Positions 1-12,787 of a DNA stretch of 64,000 bases are shown here, one piece after another. The translations under genes were made by a program, and so were the position numbers. Origin of the DNA: Azolla caroliniana (taxonomy: Eukaryota; Plantae; Polypodiophyta); contig JBHGNT010000012.1 of assembly GCA_043228905.1 (NCBI GenBank), forward strand, positions 10,974,001-11,038,000, in the 5' to 3' direction. Every line of letters begins with the position of its first letter. Position 1 is the stretch's first letter. Below the pieces are notes generated by a model that saw only the letters and a list, made by a program, of their open reading frames with translations, did not search any database and was not told the DNA's origin.

Positions 1-2684
1 CAGTCCAAGAGATGGCTCGTACAATGCTATCTCAATCTGATCTTCCTCTCTCGTTTTGGGGTGAAGCTGTCAACACAGCAGTTTACATCATCAACTGCTG
101 CCCAACAAAAGCAGTTGCTAGAATGACGCCTGAAGAAGCATTTACAGGTGTAAAGCCCTCAGTATCTCATTTTAAAGTCTTTGGTTGTGATGCTGATGTT
201 CACATTTTAGATCATAAAAGGACGAAATTTGAGTCTAAAACCAAGAAATGCAAATTTCTTGGTTACAGCACAATCTAAAGCATACAGGTTATGGGATTTA
301 GAGTCAAAGTCCCTAGTCATCTCTAGGGATGTTCATTTTGTAGAGTCTCAATCGGATGATTCTAGGATTTCACCTGAGTTCATGGTTGAAATCCCAGCTC
401 CTCCGAAATCTCCTATTTTAGACAAAGATGTCTCATCTTCAAGCCCCCCATCTCCTCCTACTCAATCTCTAACTTCGTCGACAATTCAATCCTCTCCCTC
501 AACTCCACTTGTTTCCCCTCCCTCTACAAACCAGCTTCCACCACTTCCCAAGTGGCTTCAAGCCACCATTCGTGATTCTCATCTCTCCGATGCTGAACTT
601 CATGAGTATACATCTGGTTCTCGAACACGTAAGTCACAACAGCCTCTTCACTCGTGCAACTTTGCCTTATTGTGCATTGTTGTGCAATCAAAAGAACCCA
701 CAACAGCAACAAAGGCCCTTGTTTTTCCAAAGTGGAAAGCAGCAATGGAAGTTGAACTTGATTCCATTGAGCGGAATCATACATGGGAGCTGGTCCCACG
801 GCCTCCACATCGACAAGTCATTGGACTGAAATGGATTTTCAAGACCAAATACCATGCTGATGGTACTTTGGATAAGCACAAGGCACGTTTAGTGGCAAAA
901 GGCTACTCACAAGTCGAAGGAGTGGATTACGAGGAAACTTTTGCTCCAACAGCAAGGTACACCTCTATCCGATGTGCGCTTGCACTTGCTGCTCACAACA
1001 AATGGCCCATTTTTCAAATGGATGTCAAGTCAGCCTTCCTTAATGGTGACTTGAAAGAGGAGGTCTATGTTGAACAGCCTCCAAGTTTCGAGATTTTAGA
1101 GCAAAAAAACATGGTCTACAGGTTACACAAAGCCTTGTATGGCTTAAAGCAAGCTCCCAAAGCTTGGCATGACAAAATTGATAGCTTCTCTCTCTCTTGG
1201 GTTTCAAAACTGTAATGCTGACAGCAATCTCTATGTTTTTTCCCAAGATAATTTGCTTTGCTTGATCATATTATATGTTGACGACCTTCTAATTACAGGG
1301 TCCCTTGCATCTAAAATCGAGGAGGTCCGTGCTAACCTCAAAACAACCTTTGAAATGACTGATCTAGGACTTCTCCATTATTTCATAGATATGGAGGTCT
1401 ATCAATCACATGGTGGTATCTTTCTTAGCCAACATAGGTATCTCAAGCAGCTCCTTGAGACCTATAGCATGACAAATCTCCTGTCCAATGGATTCAAACT
1501 CAAAGCTATCTCGTGAAGACGATTCTCCCATATTTGAGGATATCACAAAATATAGGAGGTTAATTGGGTCCCTTCTTCACTTAACTTATACCAGGCCTGA
1601 TTTGTCCTATAGCGTGAGTATTCTCAGCCAATTCTCAACTGCTCCAAGACAAAGTCATTGGCAAGCAGCTATTCGAGTTCTTCGGTATTTGGCCAACACA
1701 CTCGACTATGGTTTGTCTTTTAGAGGCGGCATTGAGCTTGTTGGCTACTCAGATGCTGATTGGGCAGGTGATATTGATTCTAGACGGTCCACATCTGGCT
1801 ATTGTTTTATGTTAGGTTCAGGCTTGATTTCTTGGAAATCGAAGAAGCAAAACTCAATTTCTACTTCATCGACGGAAGCTGAATATCGCGCCTACTTGGA
1901 TACTTGTTGTGAGTTGCTATGGTTGATGCAATTGTTTTCTCACATTGGTGTTTTGCAAGACTCTCCTATTGCAGTTTTCACCGACAGCCAAAGTGCACGT
2001 GCCTTGGCACATAGCTCAGCATTTCATGGTAGAACAAAACACATCGAAGTGCACTACCATTTTGTTCGTGACTTATGAAATCACAAGTCATCAACTTGGC
2101 ATATTGCCCTACTCAAGAAAATGTGGCTGATTTATTTACTAAGCCACTTCCAAGGCAAGCCATTGATCAACTCCTTGATCGACTCAATGTTGGACCGCCG
2201 TTCTGGAGCTGAGAGGAGGTGTTGGAGGAAGGCAGCTCCAGCCCTGCACTCTCTTTCATCTTTATTATCTTTGTACTATATTCTCTCCCTTCCCAGATTC
2301 TTCCCTCTCTAGAATCTGCAACTCCTTTAATGCTTTCTCTCTCTAGAATTTGTAATGCTTTAAATGCCTTTTTCTCTCTTCTACTTTTTCCAAGATATTC
2401 CCTTTTATTCCTAGTTTTTTGTACCTGTTTGGTAGTACAAGAGCCACTTTACTACCAAACAACCATTTCACCCACTTTCCCCAATTTTGTATAAATAGGC
2501 TATACCAGCCTCTTTTGTAAAGACTTTTTTTTTTGGTTGCTACTTAAAAACAAGCTCTATTATTTGGCTATGTCTCTACTCTTTACAACCATTTTTCTAC
2601 TGCTATCTAACAGCCTTCTCACAGCTTGGCTGTGTCTATTTTGTTCTAACTCTTCCGCTGCTACTATTAACAGCTTTTCTCACA
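1..2684 (+). mobile_element. Ty1/Copia LTR retrotransposon, 3' part (integrase-RT-RNase H, frameshifted) with PPT and 3'-truncated LTR (2220-2684)
   Basis: ORFs 12-2078 contain FWGEAVNTAVY (IN), [23 protein letters not shown] (RT), and SDADWAG and TKHIEVHYHF (RNase H), split by frameshifts; purine tract GAGAGGAGG is followed by TGTTGGAG at 2220. Confidence 0.93.
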
Positions 2685-3546
2685 CCAGCTTCCACCACTT
2701 CCCAAGTGGCTTCAAGCCACCATTCGTGATTCTCATCTCTCCGATGTTGAACTTCATGAATATACATCTGGTTCTCCAACCAACATGAAAAGAACACGTA
2801 AGTCACAACGGCCTCCTTACTCATGCAACTTTGCACTGTGCACTGTTGTGCAATCACAAGAACCCACAACAGCAAAAGAGCCCCTTGTTCTTCCAAAGTG
2901 GAAAGCAGCAATGGAAGTTGAACTTGATTCCATTGAGTGGAATCATACATGGGAGCTGGTCCCACAGCCTACTCACAAGTCATCAAGTTGGCATATTGCC
3001 CTACTCAAGAAAATGTGGCTGATTTATTTTAAGCCACTTCCAAGGCAAGCCATTGATCAGCTCCTTGGCGACTCAATGTTGGACCGCCGTTCTGGAGTTG
3101 AGAGGTGTTGGAGGGTGGCAGCTCCAGACTTGCACTCTCTTTCATCTTTATTATCTCTGTACTACATTCTCTCTCTTCCCAAATTCTTCTCTCTCTAGAA
3201 TTTGCAACGCTTTAAATGCCTTTTCTCTCTTCCACTTTTTCCAAGATATTCCTTTTTTTATTCCTAGTTTATTGTACCTGTTTGGTAGTACAAGAGTCTC
3301 TTAACTACCAAACAACCATTCCCAATTTTGTATAAATAGGCTTATACCAGCCTCTTTTGTAATGAGATTATTTTCTGCTGCTACTTACAAACAAGCACAA
3401 CTCTTTGGTTGTGTCTCTACTCTTTGCAACCATTTTTTCTACTGCTTTCTAACATCCTTCTCACAGCTTGGCTGTGTCTATTTTGTTCTAACTCTTCCGC
3501 TGCTGCTATTAACAGCTTTTCTCACAAACAAGTAAAATCTCTAACA
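2685..3546 (+). mobile_element. Internally deleted tandem copy of the same Copia (matches ~531-821 joined to ~2083-2219) with complete LTR 3106-3546
   Basis: Direct sequence match to 531 onward and to 2083 onward; LTR termini TGTTGGAG...CTCTAACA. Confidence 0.85.
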
Positions 3547-4688
3547 CTTCTTTTGAACACGTGCCAAAATTGCCATGTCCTCTAATGCTACAGGTGGTAC
3601 AAAACCACGTTATATGTGAACCAGAAGAGTCAGGGGTATGTAAAACCATACAATGTGGTCACAAGAACAATGACATAAAAGGCAACAATGTACACAAAAT
3701 TTTGTAAAGCTTTTTGTCTCCCCTCTGTTTCCCATTGATTGCGCAGTGCAAGTAGAAATGGAAACTCCCCACTGATCCTGTGCAGTTTATAACTCAACTC
3801 CAACACTCTGAATTGTGACTCACCATCAAGGACGTAACAGCGTAGCCTCTTTTCGCTAGGCCAACTGTGGCTAAACTAGCAGATACCCAACTTAAAGAAA
3901 GGAAGCAGGAAGCCAACCCACTGAACCAGTGGAATTTAACAGTGTCAACATGAAGTCTGTCCGTTTTTGGTTTCTGAGAATGTTTAAAATGGCTCCCATC
4001 AATTTAGATCACATCTTGATTAGCACATATTATTTTTTATTATAGGAAATGTGCTGTATTTGGTTGCAATTTCACAAGAAGCTCTAGAAATATTATGTTC
4101 GAATGAAAGCTTTCAAGCCTAACAAAATTTCCATCATTATCACTCCCTCTCTTTGGGTTCACACACTCCCCACATTTCCTAAGCCATGTCTCATATGCAC
4201 ATCCTACTCACATTTCCTATTTGTTAACATCTATTGGGACTATTTAGAGTTCAGAATTATTTCAACTCTGCAAAACGCTGCAGTTCACTTTCACTAAGAA
4301 ACAAAAATGAGAAATTATACTGATGCCATGTGCAAGAAATGTTACGACTTGAATCCTACAATCTACCCGAACAAACAAATTGTCTTGAATTCTAAATCAT
4401 TCATATACTGTTCTATCCCAATTTACTCTGGACCACTGTTCTGAGTGACAAACATATGGCAGCCATTTTCCCTAAATTTCAATGCATAATGCAGTATACA
4501 ATGAATATATATGTAATGCTGTTAAAACAATTTGGAATCATCATACAGTAGACAGTGTGATCTTAAACTTCCAGCAATCATACCCTCAACATATGAATAA
4601 TAATATCTATGCTTGCATCCAGTTTCAAACCAGCAAGACAGAATAAGTGATCATAGTTCAACTGAATTTCTAAGAAGATAGAGCACAC

Positions 4689-7600
4689 CTGATGTCGCTC
4701 TTTCCATTTAGGGAAAAAATCATTTCCTAGAAGTTCAAATATATGATCCCGCATCTCATCATTTGTCACAAGAAGAGATTTATAACGAACTGCAGCATAC
4801 AGCCAATACCTGAATATACAGATATTGTCAAACATTATTAGTAGAGAACAGATTCTTAATGTAGACATATTAGTCACCAAGCTCCATGCCTATATACAAG
4901 AAGAGCATGGAAAATACCAATCATCATTAGAACCATATGGGGTAGAGTATAATGAGTTGCTCTCAACCCAATTATCAACAATATGCTGGGATTGTGGCGA
5001 TAATTGTGCTTTATCTGATGTACGTCGACAATGTAGGACAATTAATGGTGACTTGCCAGTCACGCCCTTTGCTTTGACAGCATTTGCCACTGTTGAAACC
5101 TGTGAAATAGATCATATTATCATTGAAATATAAATTCTTATAAGCAACCAAAATAATCACAATTCCCTTCCAATATATTGAGCTCACGCCTAAGGTAAAA
5201 GTGAAATGTTCATCAAACCTAGAAATGCAATGTCAAGGGCAAAAGATAATACTTGTTTTACTGTAATTAGTTGATTAAAACAAGGAAAACAGAATGGAAA
5301 ACAGCCAAAGAGCCCAAAGAAACTTACAAGGCATACTGAGGGACTAATAACCCCTACTCATGGAAAGATTATTAGCATTAGGGGATAGTGGGGGCATGCC
5401 TATAAATTAAGGTGGAATATAATATAACTGAGCTGTGTAGAAGGTCAGGGAAGTCGGAAATTTGTCATTTTTGTAACCTTTTAGATCCCCTCTTTTTCCA
5501 GAGGATTTTGCTATCATTTTCTTTAATGCCACAGCAGCAGCATACAATAACTGTGTCAGCACAGATGAAAGATTCAGGACCAACGGCAAGTGTTTAGAGA
5601 AGGAAAATTCACCTTATTCATCCATGTGATCTCCTATAGATGGCAAAACAAAGCTAATTTCTACCCCCTGGTTACATTCATTTATCGTATTAGCCTAAGC
5701 CCTGGATATGAATGTATCCTAAAACGATGCCTTAGTTTCATGTATAGATCAGAGCATCAAACTTCTAAACTAATGATGCTTCTTATTTTATCTATTCCTG
5801 GATTAAATGTTTGTAGGTTGCCAAGGATCCTTATTTACCTGATTGAAGTTAAATCCACGAAGCATGCAGCCATATAACCCAATATTGGCACCATCTATAA
5901 TTGCTTCAAAAGGTTCATTTGCATCTAGCCATTTCTGTCAACGCAGTATTTATAAATATAAAAAATCATCCTACATAAGTTTTGAGAAAAATGAGGTTCA
6001 TATATAGCTCTAACACAAACATGTTTCCAACCTGAAAATCTTTAAAACCGTTGGTATTCTTCTCTCTTTGGAAGGCAAGGTCAGCAACAGAGTTTGCAAA
6101 TTTTTCAGTCAAAATTGGATCTAAATCTATGGTACATAGTTTTTCTCCACAAGATAAACAAAACCCTGTCTTGCTTATAGTTGTTCTCTTTGTTTTCCAC
6201 TTGCCTTTGCCTAACCAGCCCAGACCATGCCAACCTCCACCGCATGACTTGGTTGCTTCTTGAATTTCCTCTTTAGAAGGTTGATTATCTTTTCCAACAC
6301 AGGCCGAAACCGCACTATTGAACCACTTTTCAATGGACTCTACTGTTTCTGGCAAGAGATCTCTCACTGTTGTTCGGAGTCTATGCAATAGAGAATAAAC
6401 TTTTTCCTCCAACCCAGCTGCCACACTCAGCCCTAGTAAGCTTTGGAGTAAATTTTCATCTGGGAGAACTCCTGATGCAATCATATGATCATCCACTTCA
6501 AAAGCTTTTTCTACCTGGTTATTCTTACAAAAACATAGCAGTGGTGGCCCATAGGACCTAAGCTTTGGAGCTATGTTCAGGGCAGCCATCTTCTTCACAG
6601 TCTCAAAAGCCATGTCACCATCACCATTTGCAACTGCTAACCTGGCAACAGATGTAAAAGTAGCTTCGTTAAAGGGTACATTTTCTCGTAGCATGCATTC
6701 ATAGATCTCTGCACCTCTCTTTGCAGCTAGATCCATGTCATCTGGGCTGAATTTTATGACTTCAACATCTGTTGATTGCTCAATTCCCTCTTTTTTGTTT
6801 CTTTCTTTTTCCTTCTTCTCAATAATAGATGCACCTTTACGCCTTGTCAGGCCACCAGAAGCTGCTGCAGAACACATATACAGCAAGACATTGTATTGCT
6901 GTTGTTTCAGTGTAAAAACCCCTTTCTTGGCTATGTCATAAACTGCTAGTGCACCATGAAGATCTCCATGTTTTGAACACATATTAAGCTTCAAAACATG
7001 CAGGACTTCCTCTGAGCACTTCTTTGCTCTTTTAGATGGTCTTAGACCATTTGATTCTGCAGCCATATTTCCTGTTTGCCTTTTTTCTTTATTACTTTCA
7101 AGCATAATTTGCTGTGAACAGTGTGATTTATAAGTTTTCTGAAGCTGAATAGAGGAAATTTGTGGAATTAATGTGTTAAACTTCTTTGATGATATAATCT
7201 TTGCCAAAGTGGAATTACAACTTCCCCTTTTCCATGAAGGAGGAGTTATGCTATTTCCTTTGATAGAACGAAGACTTTTGTTACTCTTCTCTTTAGGCTC
7301 ATGTCTCCTTTGATTACCACCCTTAGGTTTCTTCCTGTTTACTGTTAATCAAACATGAAATTCAATCACTTACTCTTACATTTGTCTGATCTTTATGTTT
7401 CCTAGACAAAATGTGTGAATCTGCTGCTAAAATGTGAGATTTTTCTGTGATCTTTACATTTACGATTAATATCTTTCTTTTTTCAATGGAAATTTTGTAC
7501 GACAAACTCTTTGCTTTTATTACGATCTTTATGCTTTCTATGAATCTAATTCCTTTTTCTAGCAAAATTCATATAGCAAATAACTTGCTTAGACTTAGAA

Positions 7601-8621
7601 TTTTACTTTTTTATTGCCTTTAAACTTTTGTATGAAGCTCCACCCCTTTTTATCTAGCTTTCTTATGCCAATCCCTTGCAAACTATCACATTTTCTATGA
7701 ATTTTACCCTTTCTATGAATTTTTCCTCTTCTATGAAAGTTTATATCTCTTTTCAGTGCTATTTTCTTAATGTCTCCTCTACTTTCTCTGTGAATTTTTA
7801 GCACTTTTTAAGGTCCTTTTTCTTTGGGAAGTAATCTCCAAAACTCCCCACGAGTCTTTCTTTATTTCTCTAGATGCTGTTTCACTTTTTCAACCCTGGA
7901 AGACCAATTATATGTGCTACCTGAGCAATACATAGTCCGCTCATCCCTTACATTTAAATAAAATATGGTATTTGAGCATTTATATGATGATTTTGTCCCA
8001 TGTCTGACTCTTTCTCTGCTTATCCACGAGGCGAATAACAAAAATTCAGGGGCATTGGGGAAATAAGGAAAAAACTGGATTTTTCCATTCACTTTTCCTT
8101 TGGAGATTTCTTAAGCAAATGCCTTGCTAACTCGTAGGTTTTTCCCGTGAGGTTTTTACACTCACTATGAACCTGTACATCTCATCTTCATTGAAACATC
8201 CCTTACGTAAAACCTTAGTTTTCTCTGTCATCATCTACACTTTGTGCCAAAGCTCCTTTTTTGTCTTTTTCTTGTGGCTAGCTCTCTTGTGAAGTCCGTT
8301 GTTATTTCGTCGATATCTTTCTCCATGACCTTCAAAACTTTCAATGAAGCTTTCTTTCTCTTTCCATATGCAAACTTACAGATTTTCTGTGCGACTTTCT
8401 CTCTTCTTCATATAAGTTTCCTCTGAAAGTTTTCCGGAGAATGATTTTCCACCATGCAAAAGACATGGACAAAAGAGAAAGAAAAATGGAGAAGAATGCG
8501 CCTTACCAGTAGCAATATAGCGTAGGGAATTCCGAGGCGAGGAATGAGATTCAGCAAAAGAAGAAGAAGAAGAAGAAGAGTGAGGTTGAAAGTTGAATAG
8601 CAAGCGTCTAGGAGAAGCTAT
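4689..8621 (-). CDS. PRORP: Proteinaceous RNase P (PPR + Zn + NYN metallonuclease). Predicted exons 8621-8507 (uncertain), 7341-6032, 5934-5839, 5099-4918, 4809-4689; terminal exons not found in window
   Basis: PPR region LNMCSKHGD...NEATFTSVARLA...PKLRSYGP, GGWHGLGWLGKGKW, CLSC Zn ligands, catalytic motifs IIDGAN, GSNDDWYWLYAA and TNDEMRDH; all introns are GT-AG with matching phases. Confidence 0.93.
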
Positions 8622-8694
8622 GGCGACGAAGCAGCAGCAGCAGCAGCCGAAGTAGAAGAAGAATTAGATACATACATAGTATCCGTCCATAGTC

Positions 8695-8737
8695 ATATGC
8701 ATATATGCATATGTAATATATATATATTATTATTATA

Positions 8738-8773
<36 letters not shown>

Positions 8774-8776
8774 TAA
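8695..8776. repeat. (TA)n/(TATG)n microsatellite upstream of PRORP, left flank of TIR
   Basis: Direct reading. Confidence 0.9.
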
Positions 8777-9040
8777 TATGCTCGTGACTAACTGCTACCA
8801 AATATTAAAGAGGGCAAGTGAGGGAATCGCGGAGAGGGACGGTGCAGGTCGCACCGCTGATGGCGCGTTCAATCTCCACCGTCCAAGATGGATAAAAAGC
8901 TGACAACGTCTGTCACAAGGAGCCCGACTCTGTGAAAAGGAGCCCCGTTGTCAGACAGCCTCTACAAGAGGGAGCCCGACTCTGTCAGAAGGAGCCCCGT
9001 TGTCAAACCACATCAATAAGAAGGAGCCTGACTCTGTAGC
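8777..9040 (+). repeat. Left terminal inverted repeat with subterminal GGAGCCCGACTCTGT repeats
   Basis: Reverse complement of 56703-57020; several copies of the subterminal motif. Confidence 0.88.
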
Positions 9041-9219
9041 AACAAACATCAAAAACTCCACAAAATTGTAAGTGTACAACAAATATTTGCCATGAAGCTG
9101 ATCACAAAATTTCTCACAAAAACATAAAGATTCAAATAACAAGTCTTACATAAAATATTAAAATGTCAAATGTTGACAACCCTAAAATGAAATATGAATA
9201 TACACGTTACATATTAAGA

Positions 9220-9550
9220 TTATGGCTCATGTCGGGATGATTGCAAGATGCAACCACAATTTTTACAACATGTAACATTTGAGTCCCTTGAAGTCAAGGT
9301 CAAGCCATCGCAACGCAAACACCGAACCTTCTCATGGTCAACCAATGGCAATCTCCTCCTAGCCCGACTAGCACCTCTTTGTAGTTTTCCGGAGTGGGAT
9401 TCGGAAGTGTTTGGGGAGCTGCCAATAAGTTCTTGCAAGATGTCTAGTGTTGCACTTCTTTTGGCACCAATTTGTTGGTTGCGACTTATTGATCTACCAT
9501 CTTCTTCATTGGTTGATTTTGGTGCACCAACGCGATACACCTTCTCAAGT
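9220..9550 (-). pseudogene. 3' end of MULE/SWIM-family transposase (C-terminal CxxC...CxxC zinc ribbon), truncated by Gypsy LTR
   Basis: KSTNEE...HSGKLQRGASRARRR...RCLRCD...CCKNCGCILQSSRHEP* is homologous to 41890-42220 on the + strand. Confidence 0.75.
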
Positions 9551-9556
9551 CCAAAA

Positions 9557-9692
9557 TACAAACCGGAACCGGAACTAGAAACCGGCCGGTATGCAAACCG
9601 GAAACTGGCTGGTAAGAAAAACCGGAACCGGAACCGACTGGCAAGCAAAACTGGAACCGGAACCGGCAAGCAAATTGGAACCGGAACCGGCC
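9557..9692 (+). repeat. AACCGG-based tandem repeats in Gypsy LTR (longer array at 22020-22365)
   Basis: Direct reading. Confidence 0.85.
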
Positions 9693-10069
9693 GGCGAGGG
9701 ATTCGGCGATCAGGCGGAACTGGCTACTGGACGAGGTTGGACGCGGACGGACGGAAGATTGGATCATGCAACAAACTAAAGTAAAGTGAAGAGAACTAAA
9801 GTAAAGGCCATGTGGACGCAAGCAACTAAAGTTGGAGTGCATGCAAAAAGTAAAGGTCATGTGGACGGTCACATGCAACTAAACGAAAAAGCCATGCCAC
9901 TAAAAATAGATGCAACTAAAAGAAAAAGCTAAGCAACTAAAAGTAGAGGCCATGCAACAAAAAGTGGACATGTAGATGATCAAGGGAGAACTCCATATAA
10001 AATTCCATTTTTTTTCCTACACTCAGGCTCTCTCCATATATTATATTGTTTTTCTTTTCCTTCGGGGTT

Positions 10070-10300
10070 TCCCTATCTTATCGAAGCCATATTTCTAAAG
10101 TAAACCCTAATTATCTTATCAAAGCCATTTCTCTAAAGTAAACCCTAATTATCTTATCAAAGCCATATTTCTAAAGTAAACCCTAATTATCTTATCGAAG
10201 CCATATCTCTAAAGTAAACCCTAATTATCTTATCGAAGCCATATCTCTCAAGTAAACCCTAATTTCCTTATGGAAGCCATATCTTACTCATAACCCTAAA
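10070..10300 (+). repeat. ~38-bp tandem repeat (CTAAAGTAAACCCTAATTATCTTATCGAAGCCATAT..), about 5-6 copies, within Gypsy LTR
   Basis: Direct reading; each unit contains AAACCCTAA. Confidence 0.9.
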
Positions 10301-10613
10301 TTTCCATACGGAAGCTATTCAACTCATAAAACCATAATCTCTTATCAATGCCAAAAGCCCTAATTTTCTATAGAATTCATATCTTAATTTCCTCTAATCT
10401 ATTACTCTACCCATCTCCATTAGCAAACTTTTTGTAATCCCAATCTTGGGATTAATTGTAATCTTTCTTTCTACTTATTAATGAAATTTGTTAATCTTTC
10501 TCATTTCAGTTAATTCTTAGTATATAAATACACGAATTTGATATCCTCTAGTCAAAGGCCCCGGGGTCTCACCTCAACGTTCACGTATCCTCGTCGTATT
10601 TTCGTGACATCTT

Positions 10614-10630
10614 TGGTGAACCCGACGTGA
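10614..10630 (+). promoter_or_regulatory. Primer-binding site complementary to 3' end of tRNA-Trp
   Basis: TGGTGAACCCGACGTGA is the reverse complement of TCACGTCGGGTTCA-CCA (plant cytosolic tRNA-Trp 3' end, from memory), 4 nt after LTR end ...GACA. Confidence 0.85.
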
Positions 10631-12724
10631 AGCGAGGCAGTAGGAGGATATCAAGTACGAAGATGGCTTCGACAAGTGGAACTCAAGGAGAAGAATTGAC
10701 GAAAGGCATGGTGTCCGTCATCGAATTCATGCTGAAAGAGAGATCGGGAGGCTTTAGTCAACAAAGCTGTTGACCGAATTGTGGAGACAATTGGAAGATT
10801 TGGTGGCAAGAACATCACAAATTTCCTTGCTACCTACCGGAACGAGATGCAACAAAGAGATGTCCATGATCTAAAACAAACTTCAATCTTTAAGCGTGTG
10901 GTAGAACCCGGGATCCGTGAGCGCGTGATGGACATCCAAAATGAGCATGCAACTTGGGCGGAGTTCGAAAGGGCTCTTCTCACTGAATACATGCTTGAAG
11001 ATGCATCACGGATGACTCGGCATACGTTAATGAATTGGATCGAGAAGAAAGGGAAGAATCTGTGTGCATCAGGAGTTTATGCCGAATTCGACCAGAAGTA
11101 CAACCGACTTCCGAGTGTCGAGCAACGAGTTCTCGACGGAGATAGAGTCTTACTATTCCTAAAGGCAGTGGATGCGAAAGATCGGCGAGAATTGAGCAGT
11201 TTCTTGGAGGAAAAAATGCAACCAAATGGCTTGGTAGCGGACTAGGCAGCGGTGAAGAAGGCTTGCAGCCGTTTTGATAAGCGGCGACAATGGCAAGAGG
11301 AAGCTGAGGTCCAGAATCCACAATTGTGGAAGAAGGCACCTACGACGATTGAGCCTAGTAAGCCGATCAACAATTTCGACAAGAAAGCAATGGAGGAGTC
11401 TATAATCGAAGAGCTCTCCAAGAAGTTTGAAGTGGTATCGCTAGCCAACTTAGGTTGACGCAGGCCCAAGGGAAAAGAAGCGTATAGATGTGTGTGGTGC
11501 GATAGCTTCGAACACTCATGGAGAGAATGTGCTGACTTGCAAGATGCGATCAGCAAGAATGTCGTCTATTTGGACGACAACATGATAAACTCGAGCGAGA
11601 CCCGGAAGCCACTAGGAGTGAACTTCAAAAGAGGTGGGCTGAAAAAGATTGTAGAAGAAGAAGATGCAAGGCATGTGGAGGCTATGCACTATGCCGCTTC
11701 GGCTGGGATACGAGTTGGAAAAGAGAATCTTAAAATGATCAAGCCAGGAGCTGGGTTTTGGCCAACGGTCTTCGAGTGTGAAGAAAAAGGCAAAATCAAT
11801 TCGGAGGATCTAAAACTTGCTGACTGAAACATGCGACGAGCTACCGGATGGTTAGATCCAATCGACGAAAACACAAGCTTTGCAGAGGTTAGATCCAACC
11901 TATCCCAAGAAAAGAGATTGGGGAAACAAACATGAAGCCCGGTGGATCGAGCCAACCTGCTCGGATGGAAGTCGAAGAATCAACAAAGAAAGGAAAAGAA
12001 CGAGCGGCACCAACTTACAAGCTAAGGTCGGACATAGAATAAACAACTAACTTGCGGAAGGTCCTTGAGGAGAAGGTTTTAGATAGTCATGTCTACCTTA
12101 GCTGGAGAGAGCTACTTGGGATCGCGAAGAAGGAGTTCCATGATACTATCATGGACCTTATTAAAAGGAAGCGGCAACAATCTGATGAAGAGGAGGTGAA
12201 AACAAGTGCCATAACCATGGCAAGATCGGAAGAGGAGGAAGAAGAAGAAGTGGTGGTGTATAGCCATTACTCGCGGCCTCATTGGGCAAGAGCGACAACG
12301 GAGACGCCGGTGAAGATCGGGGAGAAGAAAGAGACCGTGGTCTCTTTAATTGACCATGGCTCAGAGATCAACCTCATGTCGATCGAGTTCTACAAGAAAG
12401 GAAGATGGCCGATTAATACAAACCACGGATGGAAGATTCGAGTGGCGACGAAGGCTACGGAGGACTTGTACGGAGCTTGCCCCAACGTTAAAGTCACGAT
12501 CGGGGATGTGGAGATTGATCAACACTTCTTCGTGCAAGACTCAGCTTCACATCCCGTCATCCTAGGACAACCATATATAAGATCGTCCCGGATGGAGACC
12601 AAGGTGTTCGATAATGGAGCAGGCTTCGCTCCGTCAAGAGTCTTGATAGTAAAAGATCTGTTCAATTACTGACGGTGCGAGGTAATCATGAAAGGAACCG
12701 AGATAGCCTTGGAGGCGAATCCTC

Positions 12725-12787
12725 GGATTTTTAAAGCAGACTATTGAAGCATGGGGCACAAATAGTCTGAGCAATCATAAGTCCCCA
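12725..12787 (+). other. Candidate -1 ribosomal frameshift signal (G GAT TTT + stop + pseudoknot)
   Basis: Gag-Pro ends TCG GAT TTT TAA; the -1 frame is the pol frame; stem CAGACTATT/AATAGTCTG; loop TGGGG pairs with CCCCA. Confidence 0.75.

Noticed and set aside
5966-7207. ORF-track boundaries as the PRORP CDS
   Set aside because: TTG start is internal to an exon and the 3' end runs into an intron
7342-8506. Lys-rich minus-strand ORFs as extra PRORP exons
   Set aside because: Short, in inconsistent frames and low complexity; a single GT-AG intron explains the phase
8766-8780. A defined 9-bp MULE TSD
   Set aside because: Flanks are microsatellite, so no unique TSD can be assigned (TA is possible)
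10070-10300. 38-bp repeats as a CRISPR array
   Set aside because: Head-to-tail units without unique spacers; eukaryotic LTR context; no cas genes
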